DNA of 64,000 bases, from positions 187-64,186 of the forward strand of contig CAOYAN010000009.1 of assembly GCA_948562205.1 (NCBI GenBank). Direction: 5' to 3'. Source of the DNA: an uncultured Clostridia bacterium. Lineage in GTDB: Bacteria > Bacillota > Clostridia > TANB77 > CAG-465. The position numbers were made by a program, and so were the translations under genes. Of this stretch, positions 38,301-47,881 are shown one piece after another; position 1 is the first letter of the stretch; every line of letters begins with the position of its first letter. The notes under the pieces are model-generated. The model saw only the letters and a program-made list of their open reading frames with translations, made no database searches and was not told where the DNA came from.

Positions 38301-40845
38301 TGTATTAATAAATATGCAAGCACCAGAAGATGATACACTACTTACATCAGCAAATAATATGTTTAGTACAAATTGGAGAGCAATAGATCCACTAGGAACA
38401 GTTATAGATAATATAGAGGGAATATATTCAAATGAGGTAAATGTAGAAATACACAAAGAAGATATAAGAACTAATATAAGTGGAGCAAAGACATGGGAGG
38501 ATGAGAATAACAAATATAATTTAAGACCAGAAAATATAACAGTAAAATTATTACAAGATGGTAGAGAATATGAAACAAAAGAGGTTACAGAGACTGATAA
38601 TTGGCAATATACATTTGAAAATGTACCAGTATATGCAAGCAATACAAGAGAATATGAATATGAAATAATAGAAGATGAGGTAACAAATTATAAAACAACA
38701 TATGATGGATATAATATAACAAATAGTATAAAACTAAAAGATATAGAAGTAGAAAAGATATGGGAAGATAATAACAATGAAGCAGGAAAGAGACCAAGTA
38801 GTATAATTTTGCAAATATTTGACACAGATAAACTAATAAAAGAAGCAGAAGTAAATGAAGAAAGTGAATGGAAACATAAATTTACCAATTTACCAAAATA
38901 TAGAGATGATGGAAGTGAAATAAAATATAGAGTAGATGAAAAAAGTTTTGCAACAGATAAATTTTATACAAAAGAAATAGTAGAAAATGTAATAACAAAT
39001 AGATTTACAGTACCAGAGGATACAATAGAGTTTTATGCACTTAAAATATGGGATGACAATAATGATGAGGCAGGAAAAAGGCCAGGAGCATTAGACCTAA
39101 AAATAATTAACTCTAAAGGAAAAGTAGTTATTTCTAGTGGTTTAATGTTTCCTACATGGACAGAAAAATATAAATTACCAAAATATGATGAATTTGGTAA
39201 TGAAGAATGGTATTATGTGGAAGAAAAACTTTATACTGATCTTTATTATCAGTCAAATGTAAGTGGGGGAACAATAACAAATAGTTTCAGTGTACCAAGT
39301 GATAAAACGTTAAGAATAAAGGTAAAAAAAGTATGGGATGATAATGAAAATGTAGCGGGAAAAAGGCCAGAAAGTATAAAATTGCAAATAAAAGATGGAG
39401 AAAGAGTAGTACAAGAAGTAGTAGTAAATGAAGAAAAGAATTGGGAGCGTTTGGTTGAAGTACCTGTATATGATAGTTTAGGTAATGAGATAACATATAC
39501 AGTAGATGAAGAATATACAAATAAATTCTATATAAAGGAAATAGTAGGAAACACTATAACAAATAGATTTGCAGTACCAGAAGATAAAATAAAAGTAGTA
39601 GGAACAAAAATATGGGAAGATAGTGAAGATTTTGCTAAAAAGAGACCAGATAGTGTAACACTACAAGTAATAGCAAATGAAGAAGTAATAACAGAACATG
39701 AAGTAAATGAAGCAAATAATTGGAGCTATGAGTTTGAACTTGCAAAATATGATGAGCTAGGAAATGAAATTAAGTATCATATAGATGAAAGAGATGTTGG
39801 TAGTAAATTCTATGAAAAGGAACTTACAAATGAAACAACAGTAACAAATAAATTTAAAGTACCAGATGAGATGATAAACTTGGAAGTAATGAAAATATGG
39901 GATGACAATGAAAATGAAGCAGGAAAAAGGCCAGAAAGTATAACATTACAAATAAAAAATAATGGAGTAGTAGTAGCAGAACAAATAGTGGGTGATGAGA
40001 ATAACTGGAAACATACATTTAATTTACCAAAATATAATGAAACAGGAGATGTAATAGAATATACAGTAGATGAGAAAGAATTCGATAGTGAAGTAAGTAA
40101 ATACTATGTAAAAAATATAGTTGGAAATGTTATAACAAATAAATTTGTAGTACCAGAAGATAGAGTAAAAATCATGGGTACAAAAGTATGGCAAGACACA
40201 GGAAATGCAGGTGGAAAAAGAGATACAAACGTTATTTTACAATTAAAATCAAAAGATAACATTATATCAGAAGCAGAAGTAAGTGATAAGAACAATTGGA
40301 GCTATGAATTTGAAGCACCTAAATATGATGAGTTAGGTAATGAAATAGAGTATTACATAGATGAAAGATATAGTGATAATAAATTCTATAAAAAAATACT
40401 TACAGATAAAAATACAGTAACAAATGAGTTTGTAGTACCAGAAGAAGTAGTACTTGTAAAAGCAGTAAAAAAATGGGAAGATAAAAATGATGAGTACTCA
40501 AAACGTCCAGAAAGTGTAGTATTACAAGTATATGATAAAGATAAACTTATTGCAGAAGAAAAAGTATCAGAGAATAACAATTGGTCATATGAATTTAAAC
40601 TACCAAAATATGATGAGTATGGAGATGAGATTAAGTATACAGTAGATGAGAAAGAAACATCTAAATATTATGAAAAAGTAGTTGAAGGAAATGTAGTAAT
40701 AAATAGATGTGTATATGAACCAGTAGTAGATACAAGTGATATGAATGTATTTTTATATATTTGTACATTTATAGTAGCAATAGTTGGAATAATTGTTGGA
40801 ATAGTTTTTGTAAGAAAAAATAATATAAGTAAAAAGAGTAAATAA
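35368..40845 (+). CDS. giant surface adhesin with 8 CnaB-type repeats
   Basis: N-terminal basic region plus TM signal; repeats of K.W.D..N.AGKRP.S..LQ...; C-terminal hydrophobic segment and basic tail. Confidence 0.85.
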   Translation: MEEMNKNNSKIDKKKKRKKNKIKRQISIFTMMLWVFLISVMITITVNSTKKTNALEVEDENWNIQLVMYDRSSDTPNQAITEFTWNAERSLRNQQLCMQINYACTTNKGYQSGEIEITIPGFGNSGSESHRSYYPNVTIAADKVSDNNKKYDWSYSYDNENNLYTFINNGIIEENEHFEGTIQIVYDLEPIFKIKTDLEFSAKIKENKENLDEIIAKESNICNFHYTSIKTTYILTKKAAAAPKIDYTKIEEILDDYYWVKYNFEFISSILGIIQAYGDDNKTFGENNKSNCIKDTLPEGCVLYDNELNRIYPKEDNTYYYLKCRTDYYVGYPKDKYNENDNITNTAELWGRYEDEEEKQKLAEANISIDLKDHDFEYKGSLYSMSKYNSGSAVDKYISKIKSNNGETMSWYLDPRVFYTDNKMDVEIGDDLLYITRENGEVTKLNDDEYNFTQIDMPIFYTYNKYTGTKGDKLVGYKYEIEVRYKNTSEYVIYRKGTIGRETIKFDSKDIVGLKITIKDLDKTLYTTNDYKDCISVQTNIHTQDSNIGKLYNFAYYNVYKRDEDGNKTLVNGVTGENYSAFSKQLKVDENDIGVYGMYLPRRSAEYRIVNGYPFRLSTEKEKLESSNNVQERKYEINYTLSSLLTELKYYNIDKDVIIKQYDILPSGMNLVSSENDIIESITSNLPYEKLKLKNGTLFNTKEEFESYIKGNTIVDIDYNYRESGRTKISIIYNLNEIDWSYYLENSFTLNGFYGMLLVLKTEIPYDSILEYGTRYENYTYAMWNNQEYSYYYRNYSVDDGRYDPLASDIDEDGDTTEKVSYALDTLNITHAVSSQQAVIKQVRTDLTKGKFIEGTVEATARSEYTYKLRVTTGANSLKDLIIYDTLETIYDESGNNISNGWNGKFLGVDTSYAMSKGYAPKVYYSVEKNPGKLTEVPEKWIELTDEVDKTTVKSICVDLRYMSDGTEMELSGNNVVFVLINMQAPEDDTLLTSANNMFSTNWRAIDPLGTVIDNIEGIYSNEVNVEIHKEDIRTNISGAKTWEDENNKYNLRPENITVKLLQDGREYETKEVTETDNWQYTFENVPVYASNTREYEYEIIEDEVTNYKTTYDGYNITNSIKLKDIEVEKIWEDNNNEAGKRPSSIILQIFDTDKLIKEAEVNEESEWKHKFTNLPKYRDDGSEIKYRVDEKSFATDKFYTKEIVENVITNRFTVPEDTIEFYALKIWDDNNDEAGKRPGALDLKIINSKGKVVISSGLMFPTWTEKYKLPKYDEFGNEEWYYVEEKLYTDLYYQSNVSGGTITNSFSVPSDKTLRIKVKKVWDDNENVAGKRPESIKLQIKDGERVVQEVVVNEEKNWERLVEVPVYDSLGNEITYTVDEEYTNKFYIKEIVGNTITNRFAVPEDKIKVVGTKIWEDSEDFAKKRPDSVTLQVIANEEVITEHEVNEANNWSYEFELAKYDELGNEIKYHIDERDVGSKFYEKELTNETTVTNKFKVPDEMINLEVMKIWDDNENEAGKRPESITLQIKNNGVVVAEQIVGDENNWKHTFNLPKYNETGDVIEYTVDEKEFDSEVSKYYVKNIVGNVITNKFVVPEDRVKIMGTKVWQDTGNAGGKRDTNVILQLKSKDNIISEAEVSDKNNWSYEFEAPKYDELGNEIEYYIDERYSDNKFYKKILTDKNTVTNEFVVPEEVVLVKAVKKWEDKNDEYSKRPESVVLQVYDKDKLIAEEKVSENNNWSYEFKLPKYDEYGDEIKYTVDEKETSKYYEKVVEGNVVINRCVYEPVVDTSDMNVFLYICTFIVAIVGIIVGIVFVRKNNISKKSK
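38470..40722 (+). repeat. array of 8 tandem CnaB-type domain-coding repeats (about 285 nt each, diverged)
   Basis: Periodic KIWDDNxNEAGKRPxS ... NW.H.F.LPKYDE.G.EI.Y.VDE in translation. Confidence 0.8.
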
Positions 40846-40974
40846 CTTTAATAAAATTAATGAGTATATGTAGAGTTTCTAGGTATGCTCATTTTACTTT
40901 TATTTTATATATTAAAATTTACTAACTACTTGAAAAATATATAAAAAAAATATACAATATATTCAGGTGATATA

Positions 40975-42495
40975 ATGAAAAAATTAGCTTTAAATTGTGG
41001 TATTACCCTAACAGTGCTTATGATTACAATAGTTATAATGGTAATACTTTCATCTACAATAATTATAAATGTTGGAAGTGCTATAACAGATACAAGAAAA
41101 ACTACTTTTGCAAGTGATTTGAAAGTAGTAGAAGATGCAGTATCTGTTTATTATATACAAAATGGTAAATTTCCATCAGATGAGGGAGTAATGTCAGAAA
41201 AAGAGATACTTACCTTATCTGGTAGTAGTAATATAAATTATTTAAGAGAAGAATTTGTATTAAATGGCGATGATAATGAAAATTTAGATATGGGATCTTT
41301 TTATAAAATAGATTTATCTAAATTAGATATTGAAAATTCAAGTAAGGGATTGGGAGAAGGAAATGATGTATATGTTGCATCTTCTAATTCACTTAAAGTA
41401 TACTATCTTGCTGGAATAAGTGCAGATAATACAAAATATTTTTCTCTTGTAAGACTTACAAATCTAAATCGTATAGAAGATAGTGTGAGTCCTAATAATG
41501 ATGAAAATGTAGAAGTTAAAACTGTATCAGGTGTTACTGTAAAAAAACAAATTAGAACATGGACAAATGATGCTAAAATTTTAATACAATCAAATATTGC
41601 AAGTGATGAGAGTATGTATCTATCTATTGCAGGAGGAGATAAAAAAAGAATTGAGACTGCCCTTGGGTATAATACACTATCTTTTGGAAGTTTAGAAGAT
41701 ATAAAAAACAGAAAAGCAAATTTAAAGGCAGATATTTTATCAAGTGATATAGAGTATTTTAATGGTCTTCCTCAAAGTGATAAGTATATATCAATTATAA
41801 AAGAAAAAAGTGGTGAAACAGTATCAAATGTAAAAATAGATTTATCAAATTATGAAAATAATCCACCTATAATTTCTAATATTTTAAGTAGAGAGATAGA
41901 TGATGTAAATATTATTGAATTTAATGTAGAAGACAGTATTAGTGGAATTAATAATGTATATTATGAGTATTTAGAATGCTATAATGATAAAATGGAGAAG
42001 AAAAGTTACTTTATAGATGTATATGACTATGATTTCTCATATATGAGAACAAGGGCTAAAAAAACTAATATATCAGATAATGGAGTATATCAAATAAAAG
42101 TTCCTAAAAATGTTACTAAAATACAAATAACAGCAGTAGATAACGCAGGAAATTTTGTTAGTGTAAAAAGTGATGTTACAAATGATATATATGCTACAGT
42201 TTTAGGTAAAAATATTTCAAATAAAAATGTTAGTTTAAAACTTGCTATATTATCAAATAAAGAAGTAGAGAGCGTTAAGACATATATTAGTACAAACGGT
42301 GTTGACTTTGAAGATGAAAAAAATATAGAACTTTTAAATGAGGATGATAAAATTATTGGAAATGTATTATATAGTAATGTTTTAGTAATTAAAGAAGATA
42401 TATATGTAAAAATAGTAGTAAAAAGTAGTGATATGTCAGAATATATAAGGATTGTTAATTTAAAAGATATAGAAAGTATTGAAGATATAAGTTAA
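40975..42495 (+). CDS. secreted/anchored protein with a prepilin-like N-terminus and an Ig-like (..TAVDNAGN..) region
   Basis: MKKLALNCG|ITLTVLMITIVIMVIL resembles a class III signal peptide but lacks Glu at +5. Confidence 0.6.
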   Translation: MKKLALNCGITLTVLMITIVIMVILSSTIIINVGSAITDTRKTTFASDLKVVEDAVSVYYIQNGKFPSDEGVMSEKEILTLSGSSNINYLREEFVLNGDDNENLDMGSFYKIDLSKLDIENSSKGLGEGNDVYVASSNSLKVYYLAGISADNTKYFSLVRLTNLNRIEDSVSPNNDENVEVKTVSGVTVKKQIRTWTNDAKILIQSNIASDESMYLSIAGGDKKRIETALGYNTLSFGSLEDIKNRKANLKADILSSDIEYFNGLPQSDKYISIIKEKSGETVSNVKIDLSNYENNPPIISNILSREIDDVNIIEFNVEDSISGINNVYYEYLECYNDKMEKKSYFIDVYDYDFSYMRTRAKKTNISDNGVYQIKVPKNVTKIQITAVDNAGNFVSVKSDVTNDIYATVLGKNISNKNVSLKLAILSNKEVESVKTYISTNGVDFEDEKNIELLNEDDKIIGNVLYSNVLVIKEDIYVKIVVKSSDMSEYIRIVNLKDIESIEDIS

Positions 42496-42511
42496 AAAAG
42501 GAGATTTTAAA

Positions 42512-45500
42512 ATGGCAAATAAATGGACAATAGAACAACAAATGGCAATAGATAAGAAAAATGCAAATATACTTGTATCAGCATCTGCTGGAAGTGGTAA
42601 AACTGCCGTTTTAGTTGAACGTGTTATAAAAAGAGTTATAGAAGATGCTATAAATATTGATGAATTACTTGTAGTTACTTTTACTAATGCATCAGCTATT
42701 GAATTAAAAGAAAGACTACTTCTTGCAATATATAAGGAATTGTCTAAAAATCCTAAAAATATATTTTTAAAGAAACAATTAGATTATATAAATAGAGCAA
42801 GTATAACAACAATTCATGCGTTTTGTTTAGAGCTTATTAGATCTAACTTTCATATATTAAATATTGATCCAAACTTTAGAATATGTGATGAGTCAGAAAG
42901 TAGTTTAATTAAGAACAAAATAATGGATGATATATTAGAGGGAGAATATGAAAACTATTCAAGTGTAGAAGATGCATCATCAAAGTTATACAAAGTACTT
43001 GAATTATTTAATGGAAAAGATGAAAACTTAGTTAGTAGTTTGTTTAAAATATATTCATATATTCAAAGTTTTGCATATCCACTTAAATGGTTAAAGTCAG
43101 AAATAGAAAAGTATAACATAGATACTAGTAAAGACTTGTATGATACAGAATTTGGACATGAAATATATGAAGATGCAATATCAGAACTTAAAATAGTACA
43201 AAAAAGAGGAAATGAATTATATGATGAAATCTGTAAGAGTGAAGGCTTTGAAAAGTTTGCTATATGTATAGATGAGGACTTAAGTAAAATAAAATATGTA
43301 ATTTCATCTTGTAATAATTCATGGGATAAATTATATGAACTATTAAATGGTATAACCTTTGGTAGACTCCCTATATATAAAGGTGAAAACATATTTTTAA
43401 AAGAAAAAATTGTATCTTTTAGAAATGATGTATTAAAAAAGACAGTTGAAACTTTAAGAAAAAGTATATATTCAATTAGTAGTAATATATTAAAAGATAA
43501 TAAGATAGCCTATGAATATATAAGTTATTTATATGAATTTTTAGAAAAATTCGATACAGAATATACTATGCAAAAAAGAAAAGCTGGACTAGTTGATTTT
43601 AGTGATATAGAACATTTAGCACTAAAACTTTTAATGAGGAAAAATGATGATGGAGTATTTGAAAGTACTGAAGTAGCACAAAGGATTCAAAAGAAATTTA
43701 AGGAAGTATATACAGATGAATATCAAGATACAAGTTTTGTACAAGAAGCAATTTTAGAGGCTGTGTCTGGATCTAAAAATAGATTTATGGTTGGAGATAT
43801 TAAACAAAGTATATATAGATTTAGACAAGCAATGCCAGATATATTTAATAATAAGTATAACGAATATGATTTAGTTGATTTAGAAAATAATGATGATAGT
43901 AAATTTACAAATACAAAAATAGTACTTGCTAAAAATTTTAGAAGTAGAAAAAATGTAATAGATAGTATAAACTATATTTTTGAAAAGATAATGAGTAAAG
44001 AAAATGGAGAATGTAATTACTCAGATGTAGAAACTCTAAAGTTTGGTGCTACTAAGTATGAAGATGCAGAAAATGTAAATTATAACACAGAAATAAATGT
44101 TGTAAATTTAAAAAAAGAAGAAGGAAAAATGGTCTATTTCAAAGATAGAGAAGATATAGAAGAAAGTGAGGCCTCAGAATATATTAGCGAGCTTAAAGAT
44201 TTTGAAATAGAGGCTTTTTGTATTGCAAGTAGAATAAAGAAAATAATAAATGAATTTAGTGTATATGATATAAAAGAAGATAAGTTTAGAAGGGCAGAGT
44301 ATAGAGATATTGTGATTTTGCTTAGAGGAATAAAAGATAAAGGAGAAATACTTTCTAAAACTTTAAAATCACAAGATATACCAGTATTTTCAGATGCTAG
44401 TAGTAGTTTGTTTGATGGAGATGAGATAAAACTTGTTTTATCTTTTTTAAGAATATTAGATAATCCATATCAAGATATATATATGGTTAGTGTAATGTTT
44501 AGTATAATAGGTAACTTTACTCTTGATGATTTAGTATATTTAAAAAATCATGATAAATCAAAAAATATGTATGACAATCTATTGGATATAGAAAAGGAAC
44601 TTTTAGAAAAAGATAAAAAAGATGATTACGAAGAATACATTTTAGATAAAATTACAAAGTTTATAAATCTTTTAGATAAATTTACGAAGTATTCTAAAAT
44701 AGTAAATGTAGATGATTTGCTTATCAAAATATATAAAGATACAAATATGTATTATCAATTTTCATTAGAGGAACTTTCAAGTTCTAAGAAAGCAAATCTT
44801 GATATGTTAATTGAACTTGCAAAGTCATATGTTACAAATGGTAATAAAACACTTAGTTCATACATATCATATGTAGATAATCTAAAAGATAAGGCAGACA
44901 GTTCTATATCTGCTGCCAAAATTATTGGAGAAAATGAAAATGTTGTAAGAATTATGACTATACATAAATCAAAAGGACTTGAATTTCCAGTAGTAATTCT
45001 TGCTGATACTATGAGAAAATATAATATGATGGATACATCTTCATCTGTTACTACACATCATAGACTTGGTATTGGCATAAATATAGTAAAAGAAGAGTTA
45101 GGTATTACATATCCATCAGTAATAAAACAGGCAATTAAAAGCGCTGTTATAAAAGAAACAAAATCAGAAGAGTTAAGAATGTTATATGTTGCTCTTACTC
45201 GTGCTAAGGAGAAATTAATAATTTTTGCTACAACTAAAGACTATGATAAATTAAGAGATAATTTATTTGTTATAAAAAAGGAAAATAAAATAGAAGATGT
45301 ACTAGTTGCTAAAAATAGTAGATATTTTGAGAATATTTTGATGGCACTTAAAGTATATGAGGAAGAAAAAAGAGATGATATTTTTGATGTTAATGTAATA
45401 AATATAAATGAATATGATACCCAAGAAAAACTATCTGAAGTATTTAGACAAGATGATAAAAATACTAATAGTCCACTTATTCAGAAAATAGAAGAACTAA

Positions 45501-46270
45501 ATAAGTTTGATAAAAAAGATTGTAATAAAGATATTTTAGAAAATATTAATATTATAAATAAAAATATAGATATGTTATATAAAAATATAGAAGATACAAA
45601 AACACCTAGCAGAATAAGTGTTAGTGAGCTTAAAAAAAGAGAAATGGAAGAACAGGATATTATTGAAAATATTTATAAATCTAAAGATTTGTTAAATGAT
45701 TTAGAACTTGTAGAAGATGAAGTGGTAAACGATGAGAAAAAAGAAAGTTTTAAAATACCTTCTATTTTATGTGATGAAAATGAGGGCTATACTGCTGTTA
45801 GAAAAGGTATACTTGTACATTTTATACTAGAAAATTTAGATATGAGTATTTCAAGTAGAGATGAATTAAAAAAATATATAGATGATTTAGTTTTAAAAGG
45901 TACTATAAGTGAGAAAGATAAAAAGTATATAAATGTTACAAGAATATATAATTTCTTAAATTCTAAAATTGGAATGGAACTTAAAAAGTCTCAAAAAATC
46001 TTTAGAGAATATGAATTTATATTAAAGGATAAAACTATTTCTAATAGTGTTATTCAAGGTGTTATAGATTTATTTTATGTTAAAGATAATGGAGAAGTTA
46101 TACTTGTAGATTTTAAGACAGATAGATTATTTGAAGAAGATGTATTTATTACAAGATATAAGAAACAGTTAGATATTTATAAAGAGGCAATAGAAAAATT
46201 ATTAAGTATTAAAGTTTCAAATACATATATATATTCTTTTTCGCTAAATAAGGAAATAGAAATAAAATAA
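42512..46270 (+). CDS. addA: helicase-nuclease AddA (UvrD-like helicase plus C-terminal RecB-type nuclease)
   Basis: ASAGSGKT, TFTN.A, DEYQDT, C-terminal GVIDLFY...VDFKTD nuclease motif; 1252 aa. Confidence 0.88.
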   Translation: MANKWTIEQQMAIDKKNANILVSASAGSGKTAVLVERVIKRVIEDAINIDELLVVTFTNASAIELKERLLLAIYKELSKNPKNIFLKKQLDYINRASITTIHAFCLELIRSNFHILNIDPNFRICDESESSLIKNKIMDDILEGEYENYSSVEDASSKLYKVLELFNGKDENLVSSLFKIYSYIQSFAYPLKWLKSEIEKYNIDTSKDLYDTEFGHEIYEDAISELKIVQKRGNELYDEICKSEGFEKFAICIDEDLSKIKYVISSCNNSWDKLYELLNGITFGRLPIYKGENIFLKEKIVSFRNDVLKKTVETLRKSIYSISSNILKDNKIAYEYISYLYEFLEKFDTEYTMQKRKAGLVDFSDIEHLALKLLMRKNDDGVFESTEVAQRIQKKFKEVYTDEYQDTSFVQEAILEAVSGSKNRFMVGDIKQSIYRFRQAMPDIFNNKYNEYDLVDLENNDDSKFTNTKIVLAKNFRSRKNVIDSINYIFEKIMSKENGECNYSDVETLKFGATKYEDAENVNYNTEINVVNLKKEEGKMVYFKDREDIEESEASEYISELKDFEIEAFCIASRIKKIINEFSVYDIKEDKFRRAEYRDIVILLRGIKDKGEILSKTLKSQDIPVFSDASSSLFDGDEIKLVLSFLRILDNPYQDIYMVSVMFSIIGNFTLDDLVYLKNHDKSKNMYDNLLDIEKELLEKDKKDDYEEYILDKITKFINLLDKFTKYSKIVNVDDLLIKIYKDTNMYYQFSLEELSSSKKANLDMLIELAKSYVTNGNKTLSSYISYVDNLKDKADSSISAAKIIGENENVVRIMTIHKSKGLEFPVVILADTMRKYNMMDTSSSVTTHHRLGIGINIVKEELGITYPSVIKQAIKSAVIKETKSEELRMLYVALTRAKEKLIIFATTKDYDKLRDNLFVIKKENKIEDVLVAKNSRYFENILMALKVYEEEKRDDIFDVNVININEYDTQEKLSEVFRQDDKNTNSPLIQKIEELNKFDKKDCNKDILENINIINKNIDMLYKNIEDTKTPSRISVSELKKREMEEQDIIENIYKSKDLLNDLELVEDEVVNDEKKESFKIPSILCDENEGYTAVRKGILVHFILENLDMSISSRDELKKYIDDLVLKGTISEKDKKYINVTRIYNFLNSKIGMELKKSQKIFREYEFILKDKTISNSVIQGVIDLFYVKDNGEVILVDFKTDRLFEEDVFITRYKKQLDIYKEAIEKLLSIKVSNTYIYSFSLNKEIEIK

Positions 46271-46281
46271 AAGGAGTAAAT

Positions 46282-47127
46282 ATGAAAGATTATACAAATG
46301 ATCAAGTAACGTTAATAAAAGAGGGAGATGTATATTATTTACAGTTTAATATACTAAATAAATATAGTGATAAATTAAAGCATGCTATAACTCTAAGACA
46401 TGGTGGTGCAAGTAAATATCCAATAGATACACTAAATTTTAGAACTACTGGAAATGATAAAATAGAAAATGTATTAGAAAATGTTAATATTATAAGTAAT
46501 GTGGTAGGATTTAGTAAAATATACAAAGCAAAACAAAAGCATACAGATAATATACTTATTTTAGATAATAATAATAAAAAAGAATATAAATTTGAAAATC
46601 TATCAAGTGATGAATATGATGGCTATATTACTAAAGAAAAAAATATAGCAACTCTAGTTACAACAGCTGATTGTAATCCTATAATAATATATGATCCAAA
46701 GCAAAATATTATAGCTAATGTTCATAGTGGATGGGCAGGTACAATTAAAAAAATTACTATAAAGGCTATTAAAATATTAAATGAGAAGTTTAACTCAAGA
46801 TTAGAAGATCTAATTGTATGTATTGGACCATCTATTAGAAAATGTTGCTTTAGTAGTGAAGATGAGCTTTTTAAGAAAAAGTTTACTGATATATGGAATT
46901 TTGAAGATGAGTATATATATTACGTGGAAGATAAAAAAAGATTTCATATTGATCTTTTGTATGTTATAAAAAAAGATTTGATAGATATGGGGATAAAAAA
47001 GGAAAATATTGCAGATGCAAATATTTGTACTATGTGTAATAGTGAAGACTTTTTTTCATATAGAACTTATACCAAAAACAAATTAAATGATTATGGTGTA
47101 ATGGCTACAATTGTAGAACTTATATAA
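46282..47127 (+). CDS. pgeF: YfiH/PgeF-family (laccase-domain) protein
   Basis: TADC.P, HSGW.GT, C...C..C..FFSYR motifs. Confidence 0.8.
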   Translation: MKDYTNDQVTLIKEGDVYYLQFNILNKYSDKLKHAITLRHGGASKYPIDTLNFRTTGNDKIENVLENVNIISNVVGFSKIYKAKQKHTDNILILDNNNKKEYKFENLSSDEYDGYITKEKNIATLVTTADCNPIIIYDPKQNIIANVHSGWAGTIKKITIKAIKILNEKFNSRLEDLIVCIGPSIRKCCFSSEDELFKKKFTDIWNFEDEYIYYVEDKKRFHIDLLYVIKKDLIDMGIKKENIADANICTMCNSEDFFSYRTYTKNKLNDYGVMATIVELI

Positions 47128-47174
47128 AATATGTGTGTATTTAGTGAAATATAAAGTATTATGTTACCCAAATG

Positions 47175-47203
47175 TTGACTATGAAATTTAGGTTTGATAT
47201 AAT
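47175..47203 (+). promoter_or_regulatory. sigma-A promoter for pgsA
   Basis: TTGACT, 17 nt, TATAAT. Confidence 0.55.
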
Positions 47204-47227
47204 CTATGAAAAAGGGAGGAATTTTAA

Positions 47228-47842
47228 ATGCTTAAAAAAATGAATTTGCCAAATAAATTAACATGTTTAAGAATTATATTAGTACCACTGTTTGTGATAG
47301 CAATGTGTCTACCAACTGAGTGGGTATGGCCTATATATACTGCACTTGGAATATATATAGTTGCAGCGCTAACAGACTTTTTAGATGGTTATATTTCAAG
47401 AAAAAAAGGTCTTGTTACTAAGTTTGGAAAGATAATGGATCCACTTGCTGATAAACTTCTTGTATCTACAGGATTTATCATGCTTACAGGTTTTGGAATT
47501 ATTCCAGCATGGATTACAGTAATCATTGTATTTAGAGATTTCTTTGTAAATGCTCTAAGAATGTTTGGAACAGATAATAACAAAGATTTAGCAGCATCTC
47601 TAAGTGGAAAGATTAAAACTATGTTCCAACTTGTTGGTATTCCACTTGGAATATTAAACATTGCATTATTACCAGAATATGGTTATCTTTCATTTATAGA
47701 AAATGCATCAAAAATGGATATGGTAGGACTTGGAATAAATGTATTTATGACAGTTGCAATATCTGTTGCGGTAATTGCTACACTTTGGTCTTTTGTAGCA
47801 TATTTAATAAGATTTAAAAATGATATAGACTATGAAAATTAA
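47228..47842 (+). CDS. pgsA: CDP-diacylglycerol--glycerol-3-phosphate 3-phosphatidyltransferase
   Basis: NKLT..R, DFLDGY.SRK....T.FGK.MDPLADK (CDP-alcohol transferase motif). Confidence 0.9.
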   Translation: MLKKMNLPNKLTCLRIILVPLFVIAMCLPTEWVWPIYTALGIYIVAALTDFLDGYISRKKGLVTKFGKIMDPLADKLLVSTGFIMLTGFGIIPAWITVIIVFRDFFVNALRMFGTDNNKDLAASLSGKIKTMFQLVGIPLGILNIALLPEYGYLSFIENASKMDMVGLGINVFMTVAISVAVIATLWSFVAYLIRFKNDIDYEN

Positions 47843-47850
47843 GAAAATAA

Positions 47851-47880
47851 AATAGTGGAGAATAAAAACTCCACTATTTT
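47851..47880. terminator. bidirectional terminator
   Basis: AATAGTGGAG pairs with CTCCACTATT; flanked by A and T runs. Confidence 0.65.
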
Positions 47881-47881
47881 G

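Noticed and set aside
36398-40580. Many 60-170-aa minus-strand ORFs inside the adhesin gene (for example 38139-38642)
   Set aside because: They are antisense shadow ORFs of a long repetitive coding region, with low-complexity translations and no RBS.
28622-42495. Integrase, relaxase or att repeats that would define the island as an ICE, IME or prophage
   Set aside because: None was found by eye, so I do not call the island a mobile element. It is reported only as an accessory region.
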